A stretch of DNA of 32,000 bases from Sinorhizobium meliloti (lineage in GTDB: Bacteria; Pseudomonadota; Alphaproteobacteria; Rhizobiales; Rhizobiaceae), in assembly GCF_017876815.1 (NCBI RefSeq), contig NZ_JAGIOS010000001.1:2850001-2882000 (forward strand), in the 5' to 3' direction. The translations under genes were made by a program, and so were the position numbers. The notes under the pieces were generated by a model. The model was not told the DNA's origin. It searched no databases and saw only the letters and a list, made by a program, of their open reading frames with translations. Below are positions 16,494-25,731 of the stretch, piece after piece; the stretch's first letter is position 1, and the number at the start of each line of letters is the position of its first letter.

Positions 16494-16662
16494 CCCCTCT
16501 CCTCGGGTTAAACCCGAGGACTAGCCCTCTCCCCGCAAGCGGGGAGGGGGGACGTGCCTGATCGGGCACATCCCATTCCAAGCAATCTGGCGGAGGCAAC
16601 AGAGCGCTGCGAGTCCCTTCGCCCCGCTTGCGGGGAGAAGGTGCCGGCAGGCGGATGAGGGG
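16494..16662. repeat. Cluster of palindromic intergenic repeats (RIME/Sm-repeat-like)
   Basis: Hairpin CCTCGGG-TTAAA-CCCGAGG (16501-16519). Degenerate unit CCCTCTCCCCGCAAGCGGGGAGGGG (16525-16549). Hairpin GTGCC-N6-GGCAC. The full unit at 16616-16662 is identical over 47 nt to 5496-5542. Confidence 0.85.
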
Positions 16663-16687
16663 CGGGTCTTTCGGCAGCAGCTGGATA

Positions 16688-18457
16688 TCAGTCAGGCAGG
16701 CCGGCGCGGTGCAGATCGCGGACGAAACGATCGATGAAATCTTCCGGCATGACCGGCACGCTGCCGAAGTAGAATTCGGCGCGGGCCGTTTTCACGGTCA
16801 TGTCCGGCCGCCGGCGAAGAAGGTTCGCCACGGCTGAACCGGCTTCGTCGGACCGCTCCGTGGCACCGAGGGAGGCTGCCAGGACCATTGCCGGCCAGAA
16901 GGTGGCGTTCTCCTGGCGCAGGGAGGCGCGGGCCGCTTCGGCGGCTTGCGCGAAGCGACCCGACTGATAGTGGGCGATGGCCACCATGTTGTAGAACGTC
17001 CACAAATGCGGATCGCGGGGGCTCAGCCGGAAGGCTTCGTTGATCGCGGCAATGCCTTCCTCCGGGCGGCAGACATAGCAAAGCGCTTGCCCGAGGGCGA
17101 AGTGGCCCTGGGCGAAGCTTGCATCGAGCCTCAGCGCATTGCGCAGGTGGTCTATGCCGCGCTGCGGCTGGCCGCCGAGCGCCCGTGCCCGGCCGAGCGC
17201 AAGATGGGCAGCCGGCTCACGGTCGTCGAGCGCGATTGCGCGTTCCGCGAGCGCCGTCGCGTCGGCGATCCGCTCGGCCCGCTCGTCCAGGGGGCCATAC
17301 CAGCCGAGCTGTATATGGACATAGGCAAGCCGCGCATGGGCCTGGGCAAAGGCGGGCTCGAGATCGATCGCCCGCTCGAAGAGCGCTTTGGATATCCTCA
17401 GATTCTCCAGATCGAACTTGTAAAGGTGCCATAGCCCCTTCAGATAAATGTTCCAGGCATCCATGTCCGTCGCGGTGTGGCCGCGTAGCGCAGCGAATTC
17501 GATGAAGCCGAGTTCCGGCTCCACGGTGCCGGTGATCTGCCCCGCGATCTCGTCCTGGAGCACGAAAACATCGTCCAGCATGCGGTCGTAGCGTTCTGCC
17601 CAGAGCAGCATGCCGGTCTCGCCGCTCAGCAATTGCGCCGTGATGCGGATGCGGTTCGCCGCGCGACGTATGCTGCCCTCGATCACGTATTTGACACCCA
17701 GGTCTTCCGCCACCCTCCTTACGTCGGCTGCCTTCCCTTTGAAGGTGAAGGAGGAGTTGCGGGCGACGACGCGCAACCACCGGCATCGGGCGAGCGTGGC
17801 GATCAGTTCCTCGGTAAAGCCGTCGGAGAAATGTTCCTGTTCTTCGACGCTCGAAAGATTGACGAAGGGCAGGACGGCGATCGAGGGGCGCTTCTTACCG
17901 GGCAGGGGATCGGTTTGCGCCGGCGCCGGCGGCTCTTCGCCTGCCGCGCCGCCCGGCTGCCAGCGCCAGGCGCGCAGCGGACCGGGGAGATCGGCAAATG
18001 TCCTGCAGCCGATTTCGGTCAAGGGGAAATCCACCTTCAAGCCGATCTGGTCATAGACCTGCTGCGACACGCAGACGCCCCCGGGCGGCGCCATCTCCTG
18101 CAGGTGCTCGGCAACGGCAATGCCTTCGCCATGGATATCGCCATCGTCAGCGACGATATCACCGAGATGGACGCCGATGCGCAATTCCAGACGCTCCGCT
18201 TCGGCGCCTCCGGCGTGGTCATGCATCGTTCGCTGGATCGCGACCGCGCAGGCGACCGCGTCGAGAACGCTTGCGAATTCCGCAAGCGTGCCGTCTCCCG
18301 CCTGCTTGACTATCCTTCCGCCATGGGCCGCGACCAAAGGCAGAATGAAGGCATCACGGCACCGTTTGACCGCCCGGTACGTGCCCGCTTCATCCAGTCC
18401 CATCAGCCGGCTGTAGCCGACGACGTCCGCGTCCATGATCGCTGCCAGCCGCCTCAT
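16688..18457 (-). CDS. Adenylate/guanylate cyclase with central regulatory domain and C-terminal TPR repeats
   Basis: The cyclase domain begins at MRRLAAIMDADVVGYSRLMG. GGAG lies 9 nt upstream of ATG 18457. The alternative ATG 18508 lacks an SD. A TPR-like C-terminus is present. The 690-aa form would overlap the upstream gene and adds non-protein-like sequence. Confidence 0.85.
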   Translation of the reverse strand: MRRLAAIMDADVVGYSRLMGLDEAGTYRAVKRCRDAFILPLVAAHGGRIVKQAGDGTLAEFASVLDAVACAVAIQRTMHDHAGGAEAERLELRIGVHLGDIVADDGDIHGEGIAVAEHLQEMAPPGGVCVSQQVYDQIGLKVDFPLTEIGCRTFADLPGPLRAWRWQPGGAAGEEPPAPAQTDPLPGKKRPSIAVLPFVNLSSVEEQEHFSDGFTEELIATLARCRWLRVVARNSSFTFKGKAADVRRVAEDLGVKYVIEGSIRRAANRIRITAQLLSGETGMLLWAERYDRMLDDVFVLQDEIAGQITGTVEPELGFIEFAALRGHTATDMDAWNIYLKGLWHLYKFDLENLRISKALFERAIDLEPAFAQAHARLAYVHIQLGWYGPLDERAERIADATALAERAIALDDREPAAHLALGRARALGGQPQRGIDHLRNALRLDASFAQGHFALGQALCYVCRPEEGIAAINEAFRLSPRDPHLWTFYNMVAIAHYQSGRFAQAAEAARASLRQENATFWPAMVLAASLGATERSDEAGSAVANLLRRRPDMTVKTARAEFYFGSVPVMPEDFIDRFVRDLHRAGLPD

Positions 18458-18641
18458 GCCGTCCGTCTCCCGGCGATGTCGTGAGCGAAAAACCGATCGG
18501 TTGAACATGTGTGAGCGGTAATTCGTGCGTAGTTTCCGGTCCGCTCCAAAGTGCCGCGGACGCCATGAAAAGTCGCATTGCGATCGCCTCGAGTGGGAGA
18601 GTAGCAATGGGGAAGCGGCAAGTCTATCGGGGCGAAAACCG

Positions 18642-19970
18642 CTATCTTCGGCTGACGCGCCAGATGACATTGCCGACATCGTCGGCGACGAGCAGGGCGC
18701 CGCGCCTGTCGATCGCAACGCCGACCGGCCGGCCCATCGCCTTGCCGTCCCGGCCGACAAAGCCGGCGAGGACGTCTCGCGGCCGGCCGTTCGGCTTGCC
18801 GTTGGCGAAGGGCACGAAGATCACCTTGTAGCCGCTGTGCACGCTGCGGTTCCAGGAGCCGTGCTGGCCTACGAAGGCGCCGTTGGCATAGGCGCGCCCG
18901 AGCGATGCGCCTTCGGAGAATGTCAGCCCCAGCGAAGCGGTGTGCGAACCAAGAGCGTAGTCGGGTTTTACCGCCTTCGCTACGAGATCCGGGCGCGGCG
19001 GCTTGATGCGCGCATCGACGTTCTGACCGAAGTAGCTGTAGGGCCAGCCATAGAAGGCGCCGTCCCTGACGGAGGTCATGTAGTCCGGCACGAGATCGTC
19101 GCCGAGCTCGTCCCGCTCGTTGACGGCGACCCAGAGCTCGCCGCTTTCCGGGTTCCAGGACAGACCATTGGGATTGCGCAGGCCCGAAGCGAAGACCCGG
19201 GTGCGGCGGCTTGCCTTGTCCACCTCCAGGACGGCGGCGCGATATTTTTCCGCAGCCATGCCGTTTTCCCCGACATTGCTGTTGGAGCCGACGGTGACAT
19301 AGAGCTTTCGTCCGTCCGGGCTCGCGATCACGTCTTTCGTCCAGTGATGATTGAGATTTCCCGCCGGCAGATCGATGATCTTTTCCGGCGTGCCCAGGCG
19401 CGTCTGGCCGCGGGAATAGGGGAACGCGACGAGCGCGTCGGTATTGGCGACATAGAGCTTGCCCTCTGAGAGCGTCATGCCGAAGGGCGCGTTGAGACCT
19501 TCGGCGAAGGTCCTGCGAAGATCGGCGATACCGTCGCCGTCGGTATCGCGCAGGAGCGTGATCCGGTTGGCGCTTGTCGCCGCGGCGCCCGCTCGCTTCA
19601 TCGCCAGCTTCATGAATGCCTTCTTGAGGCTGAAGCCTTCGTCGTGCTTGGCCGGTGCATTGGTTTCGGCCACGAGCACGTCACCGTTCGGCAGCACATG
19701 CAGCCAGCGCGGGTGATCGAGGCCCGCAGCAAAGGCGTTCACCTTCAGCCCTTTTGCCGGCGTCGGCGTGGCGCCTTCCTGCCAGCCTTTTGCGTCGGCG
19801 ATGTTGACGGTCGGGATCACCGTAGGGTTGGGCTTCGGCAAGTTCGGATTCGGGCCATAGCCGACAACGCCCGTCGTACGGGCCGCTTTTTGCGCCGAAA
19901 CGCCGGCGCAGCCCGCCATAAGCGCACCGGCCATGGTGATGACGATCAGGTTTCGCGGAACGGTAGTCAT
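18642..19970 (-). CDS. PQQ-dependent sugar (sorbosone/glucose) dehydrogenase family lipoprotein
   Basis: 442-aa ORF. Lipobox is ALMAGC. The beta-propeller family pattern is present (GLDHPRWLHVLPNGDVLVAE..., GFYGWPY-like AFYGWPYSY). GGAGGG SD sits 7 nt upstream. Confidence 0.85.
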   Translation of the reverse strand: MTTVPRNLIVITMAGALMAGCAGVSAQKAARTTGVVGYGPNPNLPKPNPTVIPTVNIADAKGWQEGATPTPAKGLKVNAFAAGLDHPRWLHVLPNGDVLVAETNAPAKHDEGFSLKKAFMKLAMKRAGAAATSANRITLLRDTDGDGIADLRRTFAEGLNAPFGMTLSEGKLYVANTDALVAFPYSRGQTRLGTPEKIIDLPAGNLNHHWTKDVIASPDGRKLYVTVGSNSNVGENGMAAEKYRAAVLEVDKASRRTRVFASGLRNPNGLSWNPESGELWVAVNERDELGDDLVPDYMTSVRDGAFYGWPYSYFGQNVDARIKPPRPDLVAKAVKPDYALGSHTASLGLTFSEGASLGRAYANGAFVGQHGSWNRSVHSGYKVIFVPFANGKPNGRPRDVLAGFVGRDGKAMGRPVGVAIDRRGALLVADDVGNVIWRVSRR

Positions 19971-20246
19971 CCCTATGCCCTCCGGAAGAGATCGGCTGTT
20001 CTCGCAGTGAGACGGAACGCCGTGTCATACTATTCCCTTCCGCATCCGATCGGCAGCGTTCTCGGCTCGTTCCCTGCAATCTTTGCGAGGGGCCGCATTC
20101 GGGAGTATTCTCTCCTGCAGCAAGAAAAAAACGGGGCGCAGCGCGTCTCCAGACGATGCTTGTGCCTCTTCAGCGATTGTGAATGCCCGCGAAAAAATCC
20201 GCTCCCAAGACGGGAGGGAGTTCGCGCGCAGCCTTGGGAGGAAAAC

Positions 20247-21386
20247 ATGAAACACAGAGCCGAAAGCGGGGGGACATCGCGCCGCAGATTCCTGCGCGGC
20301 GCTGCAGCGGCCGGGGCGGCCATGGCTGCAGCGCCAAGTATCGTGAGGGCACAAGGGCCGGTCAGCATGCGCTGGCAAAGCACCTGGCCGTCCAAGGACA
20401 TCTTTCACGAGTTCGCGCTCGACTTCGCAAAGAAGGTCAACGACATGACCGGTGGCGACCTCAAGATCGAGGTGCTTCCGGCCGGTGCCGTCGTGCCGGC
20501 ATTCGGACTGCTCGATGCGGTTTCCGAAGGAACGCTCGATGGCGGCCACGGCGTGATGGTCTATCACTACGGCAAGCAGACTGCACTGGCGCTGTGGGGA
20601 TCGGGGCCCGGCTTCGCCATGGATGCCAACATGATGCTGGCCTGGCACAAATATGGCGGCGGCAGGGACCTGCTCGCCAAGCTCTACGAGTCGATCGGCG
20701 CCAATGTCGTGTCGTTTCCCTACGGGCCCATGCCGACACAGCCGCTGGGCTGGTTCAAGAAACCGGTCGCCAAGGCCGAGGATCTGCAGGGACTGAAGTT
20801 CCGCACCGTCGGTATCTCGATCGATGTGTTCACCGGGCTTGGTGCGGCAGTCAACGCTCTTCCGGGCGGCGAGATCGTCGCCGCACTCGACCGCGGCCTG
20901 CTCGATGCGGCGGAATTCAACAACGCCTCATCCGATCGCCTGCTCGGCTTTCCCGACGTCTCCAAGGTCTGCATGCTGCAGGGCTATCATCAGAATGCCG
21001 AGACATTCGAGATCCTGTTCAACAAAGGAAAGTTCGACGGCCTGCCGGACCAAATGAAGGCAATCATAAGCAATGCGGTGGACGCGGCGTCGGCGGACAT
21101 GGCCTGGAAGGCGATCGACCGCTACTCCACGGATTATCGCGAGATGCAGACGGCCGATCAGGTCAAGTTCTACAAGACGCCCGAAGCGATCCTGAAGCGG
21201 CAACTCGAAGTCTATGACGAGGTGGTGAAGAAGAAATCTGCGGAAAATCCGGTGTTCAAGGAGGTTCTGCAGTCCCAGATCGCCTTTGCCGAACGCGCGA
21301 CACGCTGGGAGCAGGATACCGTCGTCAACCGGCGGATGGCCTTCGACCACTATTTCGGGCGAGACGGGGTCGCCAAGTCGCTCTGA
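20247..21386 (+). CDS. TRAP transporter substrate-binding protein (DctP family) with Tat signal
   Basis: ATG 20247 follows GGGAGG. The twin-arginine signal is SRRRFLRGAAAAGAAMAAAPSIVRA. The 580-aa track ORF is an artefactual upstream extension. Confidence 0.85.
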   Translation: MKHRAESGGTSRRRFLRGAAAAGAAMAAAPSIVRAQGPVSMRWQSTWPSKDIFHEFALDFAKKVNDMTGGDLKIEVLPAGAVVPAFGLLDAVSEGTLDGGHGVMVYHYGKQTALALWGSGPGFAMDANMMLAWHKYGGGRDLLAKLYESIGANVVSFPYGPMPTQPLGWFKKPVAKAEDLQGLKFRTVGISIDVFTGLGAAVNALPGGEIVAALDRGLLDAAEFNNASSDRLLGFPDVSKVCMLQGYHQNAETFEILFNKGKFDGLPDQMKAIISNAVDAASADMAWKAIDRYSTDYREMQTADQVKFYKTPEAILKRQLEVYDEVVKKKSAENPVFKEVLQSQIAFAERATRWEQDTVVNRRMAFDHYFGRDGVAKSL

Positions 21387-21399
21387 CTTCATCCCGATC

Positions 21400-21434
21400 C
21401 CGCACATCACCGGCGCGGGGCCGGTGATGTGCGG
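21400..21434 (+). promoter_or_regulatory. Perfect 14-bp intercistronic stem-loop between the TRAP P and Q genes
   Basis: CCGCACATCACCGG (21400-21413) pairs perfectly with CCGGTGATGTGCGG (21421-21434), with a 7-nt loop and no U-tract. Confidence 0.6.
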
Positions 21435-21462
21435 TCAGGACCTGGCCATCCCGGGGGTGCGC

Positions 21463-22128
21463 GTGAACGTTCAGCATCTGCTCATGAGGATCGACGCCAT
21501 CAGCGTCTGGACCGGCAAGGCGGCCGCGTGGCTGATCATCGGTCTGATGGTGCTGGTCTGCGGTGAAGTCTTCAAACGCTACATCCTGAACATGCCGACC
21601 GCATGGATATTCGATGCCAGCAACATGCTCTACGGCAGCCTCTTCATGCTGGCGGGCGCCTATGCGCTGGCGCAGAACGCGCATGTGCGCGGTGATTTCA
21701 TCTACAGCTCGTTGAAGCCGCGCACGCAGGCGGCGCTCGACCTCATCCTTTACATCTTCTTCTTCCTGCCCGGCATCGCCGCCCTCATCTATGCAGGCTA
21801 CGACTACGCCGCATTGTCATGGCGGATCGGCGAGCACTCGACAGTCACGGCTGAAGGGCCGCCGATCTACTACTTCAAGACGGTCATTCCGATCGCAGGC
21901 GCGCTCGTCATTCTTCAGGGACTGGCGGAGATCCTGCGCTGCATCGTCTGTCTCAGAACCGGGGCGTGGCCGGCGCGGCTTAAGGACGTCGAAGAGATCG
22001 ACGTCGTAGCCGAGCAGCTTGCCCATAGCGAGCATCTGGACGAGGAAACGCGCGAGGCTGCCATCGAACGCGCGCAGGACATCGACAGGGCGGCCCGGCA
22101 GCGCGGCCTCGGAGGGGGAGAGCGGTGA
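21463..22128 (+). CDS. TRAP transporter small permease (DctQ family)
   Basis: The membrane protein begins around (V)NVQHLLMRIDAISVWTGKAAAWLIIGLMVLV. GTG 21463 is preceded by GGGGG. ATG 21484 is an alternative. It overlaps the dctM-like start (GTGA). Confidence 0.75.
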   Translation: MNVQHLLMRIDAISVWTGKAAAWLIIGLMVLVCGEVFKRYILNMPTAWIFDASNMLYGSLFMLAGAYALAQNAHVRGDFIYSSLKPRTQAALDLILYIFFFLPGIAALIYAGYDYAALSWRIGEHSTVTAEGPPIYYFKTVIPIAGALVILQGLAEILRCIVCLRTGAWPARLKDVEEIDVVAEQLAHSEHLDEETREAAIERAQDIDRAARQRGLGGGER

Positions 22129-23864
22129 GTGAACCATTCCTTGGCTTGACGATGCTGGGCCTCATCGTGGTCGTGATCATGATGGGATTTCCGACGGCCT
22201 TCACCCTCATGGGTCTCGGAATGCTGTTCGGTTTCTACGCCTTCTACAATCCGGTGGAACCCTGGATCGACAATCGCGTCTTCGATCTCATGGTCCAGCG
22301 CACCTACGGCGCCATGACCAATGACGTGCTGATCTCCATCCCGCTTTTCGTGCTGATGGGCTACGTGATGGAGCGGGGCGCGCTGGTCGACAAGATGTTC
22401 TACAGCATCCAGCTGTCATTCCGGCGCGTTCCGGCATCGCTCGCGGTGACGACGCTCATCGTCTGCACTTTCTGGGGCATAGCCAGCGGCCTTGTCGGCG
22501 CCGTGGTTGTGCTGATGGGGGTGATCGCCATGAACCCGATGCTGCGGGCCGGTTACGATGTGAAGCTTGCCTCGGGCGTCATCACCGCCGGAGGAACGCT
22601 GGGCATCCTGATTCCTCCTTCGGTGATGATCATCGTCTATGCGGCGGTGGCCGGCCAGTCGGTGGTCAAGCTCTATGCGGCGACGATGTTTCCCGGCTTC
22701 TTTCTGGCGCTCCTCTATCTCGCCTATGTCCTCGGCTGGGCGATGCTCAATCCGAAGATCGCGCCGCGGCTGCCGGAGGAACAGACGCGCGTACCGGTGC
22801 CGCCATGGATGAAGCATTTCGCAGAGGTCTATTCATCCAACATGCTCGCCGGTCTTCTCGTCGCTCTCGTTTCGCCGTCACGCGCGCTCGGGATCAAGGC
22901 GGGGGAGGGACGGCTCACCTATTGGAAACTCGTCAAGAACCTTGCTGCGGCGTTCGTTCCGCTTCTGCTGACGGCGTCCACGCTCGGTCTTCTCTGGTGG
23001 TATGTCGTCATTCATCAACAGGCCGCCGCGACCGAAGCGCCGGAGGGGCTGGAAGAGCTCGGCGCGCCGCTTGCGGATGCAGGGCCTGCGACGGCTGACG
23101 GCCCTGCGACGAGCTTCTACGTCTGGTTCGGCCTCGCCGCCGCGGTCGCCGTCTTCGCGCTCCTGCGCTACTATCGCAACATGACGGCCGAACGGCTGCA
23201 GGTGGTGAAGCTCCTCGTTTCCTCAGTCATGCCGCTCGCAATCCTGACGGTGGTGGTGCTCGGGGTGATCCTGTTCGGCATCACCACTGCGACGGAATCC
23301 GCCGCAGTCGGCGCGGCCGGTGCCTTCTTGCTGGCGCTCCAGGCGCGGACGCTTGACTGGCAGCGCACCAAGGAAGCGGTGTTCCTGACCGCCAAGACGA
23401 CCGCCATGGTCTGCTGGCTGTTCGTCGGGTCGGCGCTTTTCTCCGCCGTTTTCGCGATCCTCGGTGGACAGGCTCTGGTGGAGCAATGGGTTCTCGCGCT
23501 GAACCTCACCCCGGTGCAGTTCATGATCCTGTCGCAGGCGATCATCTTCATTCTCGGCTGGCCGCTCGAGTGGACCGAGATCATCATCATCTTCGTGCCG
23601 ATCTTCCTGCCGATGCTCCATCATTTCGACATCGACCCGATCCTCTGGGGCGTGCTCGTCTTCGTCAATTTGCAGGCTGCGTTCCTGTCGCCGCCGGTTG
23701 CGATGTCGGCCTACTATCTCAAGGGGGTGTCGCCGCCGCAGGTGACCCTCAACCAGATATTCGCGGGCATGATGCCTTACATGCTGATCGTCATTCTCTG
23801 CATGATCATGATGTATATCTGGCCGGGCATGACGCTCTGGCTGCCCGAATATCTCTACGGCTGA
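22125..23864 (+). CDS. TRAP transporter large permease (DctM family), long form
   Basis: 579-aa polytopic membrane ORF. GTG 22125 is preceded by GGAGGGGGAG and overlaps the upstream stop. Confidence 0.85.
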   Translation: MSEPFLGLTMLGLIVVVIMMGFPTAFTLMGLGMLFGFYAFYNPVEPWIDNRVFDLMVQRTYGAMTNDVLISIPLFVLMGYVMERGALVDKMFYSIQLSFRRVPASLAVTTLIVCTFWGIASGLVGAVVVLMGVIAMNPMLRAGYDVKLASGVITAGGTLGILIPPSVMIIVYAAVAGQSVVKLYAATMFPGFFLALLYLAYVLGWAMLNPKIAPRLPEEQTRVPVPPWMKHFAEVYSSNMLAGLLVALVSPSRALGIKAGEGRLTYWKLVKNLAAAFVPLLLTASTLGLLWWYVVIHQQAAATEAPEGLEELGAPLADAGPATADGPATSFYVWFGLAAAVAVFALLRYYRNMTAERLQVVKLLVSSVMPLAILTVVVLGVILFGITTATESAAVGAAGAFLLALQARTLDWQRTKEAVFLTAKTTAMVCWLFVGSALFSAVFAILGGQALVEQWVLALNLTPVQFMILSQAIIFILGWPLEWTEIIIIFVPIFLPMLHHFDIDPILWGVLVFVNLQAAFLSPPVAMSAYYLKGVSPPQVTLNQIFAGMMPYMLIVILCMIMMYIWPGMTLWLPEYLYG

Positions 23865-23936
23865 CGCGCTTGCTGCGGCGGTGCAACGGCGCCGCCGATA
23901 TGACGCGCGAATGTTCATCTGATACAGCGCCATACA

Positions 23937-23970
23937 AAAACAGGGCCCGCCGTCAGCGAGCGGGTCCTGG
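23937..23970 (-). terminator. Terminator-like hairpin with U-tract only in minus orientation
   Basis: CAGGGCCCGC (23942-23951) pairs with GCGGGTCCTG (23961-23970) in a 10-bp stem with one G-U pair. A5 at 23937-23941 on the plus strand gives U5 after the hairpin on the minus strand. No annotated minus-strand gene lies upstream of it. Confidence 0.35.
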
Positions 23971-24396
23971 TAGATTGCGGCGAAAACTTCAATCTCTCTA
24001 TATTCCCGGCGGCAATATCACGCCCGGGTGCCAAACGCACCGGGCATATCCATCACTCTCCGCCCGGGGGCCGCCGCGAGCTCGACCGGGTACATCCTCG
24101 CAATCGGAGTTCACCCTGAAGCGAGCTCCGATCTAAATTGCTACTGAAATCATTTCCCTGATTGCACCGCTATTTTTGACGAGATCGGTGGCCTTGGTCC
24201 AGTAACTTTTCAGGGCGATTTGTTACGAACTACGACCGATTCTTGCGCAAGAGGCGGCTTGAAGAGCGTTACACCCCGGGCGCCTCCGGGAATCCCGCCT
24301 TTTGTAAAGATTTCATAAAAGCCGAACGTGTTTCGTAACGGTCTCAAAATTAGTTAATGCTTATGTGTTGCGGTGGGGCTGCTGAGAGGGAAGGCT

Positions 24397-25731
24397 ATGA
24401 GGGCCGCGACGTTCCGCCTGCATTTGAGAAGGCTGGTGCGCGACAGGGACGGCAACTTCGCCGTTCTTGGCGCGATCGCATTCGTTCCGATCATCGGTGC
24501 GGCTGCGCTGGCGATCGACTTCGCCGGGGCTTACTTCGAGGCGGAGAAAATCCAGAGCGCCCTCGATGCGGCCGCGCTCGGCTCGGTCCGAGCCTATGGC
24601 GAGGGTGCCACCGAGGACGACGCCTACGACGCGGCGCAAAAGTTCTTCTGGAGCAATTATGCGTTGCCGCAGGAGAGCGTCGTCGACGCGCTGGCCGTCG
24701 CCACGGAACCGTCCACGCAGGCATTGTCCGTAAAGTTCACGCGCAATGTGAATGAAGATACCGCTACCGCAGAGTTCGTGCTGGACCACAATCCGCTCTT
24801 CCTCGAGCGCCTCCCGCTGCAGATCCGGCGCCTGGCGGTTGCGGCACGCGCGTCCGGGGCCGAGGCCTGCATTCTTGCTCTTCATCACACGGCAGACCGG
24901 GCATTCGAGGTCAGCGGCAGCGCGATTGCCGATCTGACGGGATGCGCGGTCCTTTCGAACTCCGGTGACGATCAGTCGGTCTATATCGGCGGCTCAGGCA
25001 AGCTCAAGGCCGAATGTCTTTACGCAGCGGGCGGCATCTACAGCTCGCCGCAGGCGGTACAGCTCGCCTGCGAGGCCGCCGTGGAAGGGTCGCCGCGCAT
25101 ACCCGATCCGTTTGCGAGCAAGGCGCTCCCCAAACCTTCGGGCTGGACGGATCTTTCCGGCTGCGGCCAGGCCTTCGTCGCCGGAGGCGGCGGCAACGGC
25201 GATTGCAACGGCACCGGAAAGACACCCAAAAATGCCGACGGCTATGTGGTGACGCTGAAACCCGGCACCTATGGCGGCCTGGATCTGAAAGGAGCCGTCG
25301 CACTCCAGCCGGGCAATTACATCATCGATGGTGGCCGGCTCGAACTCGGCAGCCAGACGGTCGTCAGCGGCCAGGGCGTGACCTTCTTTCTGATGAACGA
25401 TGCGGAGGTCAGGATCAACGGAGGCGCCACCTTCAATATCTCGCCCTCGCTCGAGGGCAGTTGGGCCGGCTTCTCGATCGTTGCAGAGCACGGCAACACC
25501 GCATCAGCCGTCATCAACGGCAACAGCAAATCCTCGCTGACGGGAATCGTCTATTTCCCCGACGCCGGCGAACTCCAATATGCCGGCAATGGCACGACCA
25601 GCGGTGAGTGCATCAGATTGATCGCACAGGAAATCACGCTGATCGGCAACAGTACCTTCAAGATGGATTGCAGCAAGGAGCTTGCAAATACCCACTTCAA
25701 TTATCCGGGCGCCATCCGTTTAGTGCGCTGA
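24397..25731 (+). CDS. TadE/TadG-like (Flp pilus assembly-related) membrane-anchored protein, orphan
   Basis: The N-terminus RDRDGNFAVLGAIAFVPIIGAAALAIDFAGAY is the typical TadE/G-like anchor. The C-terminal region is Gly/Asn-rich and beta-strand-like. ATG 24397 follows GGGAAGG. Confidence 0.7.
   Translation: MRAATFRLHLRRLVRDRDGNFAVLGAIAFVPIIGAAALAIDFAGAYFEAEKIQSALDAAALGSVRAYGEGATEDDAYDAAQKFFWSNYALPQESVVDALAVATEPSTQALSVKFTRNVNEDTATAEFVLDHNPLFLERLPLQIRRLAVAARASGAEACILALHHTADRAFEVSGSAIADLTGCAVLSNSGDDQSVYIGGSGKLKAECLYAAGGIYSSPQAVQLACEAAVEGSPRIPDPFASKALPKPSGWTDLSGCGQAFVAGGGGNGDCNGTGKTPKNADGYVVTLKPGTYGGLDLKGAVALQPGNYIIDGGRLELGSQTVVSGQGVTFFLMNDAEVRINGGATFNISPSLEGSWAGFSIVAEHGNTASAVINGNSKSSLTGIVYFPDAGELQYAGNGTTSGECIRLIAQEITLIGNSTFKMDCSKELANTHFNYPGAIRLVR

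Noticed and set aside
3950-16662. Possibility that the recurring palindromic units form a CRISPR array
   Set aside because: The copies are dispersed over 12 kb, occur in both orientations, are not regularly spaced and lie between unrelated genes. No cas genes are present.
18458-18760. Long N-terminal extension of the cyclase-TPR ORF (690-aa form)
   Set aside because: It would overlap the 3' end of the PQQ dehydrogenase gene by more than 100 nt and encodes non-protein-like sequence. Cyclase domains of this class begin with a sequence like MRRLAAI..., and ATG 18457 has an SD.
19644-20246. Upstream 200 codons of the 580-aa ORF containing the TRAP binding protein
   Set aside because: It is antisense to the dehydrogenase gene and crosses the divergent promoter region. 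The Tat signal peptide directly follows ATG 20247, which has a GGGAGG SD.
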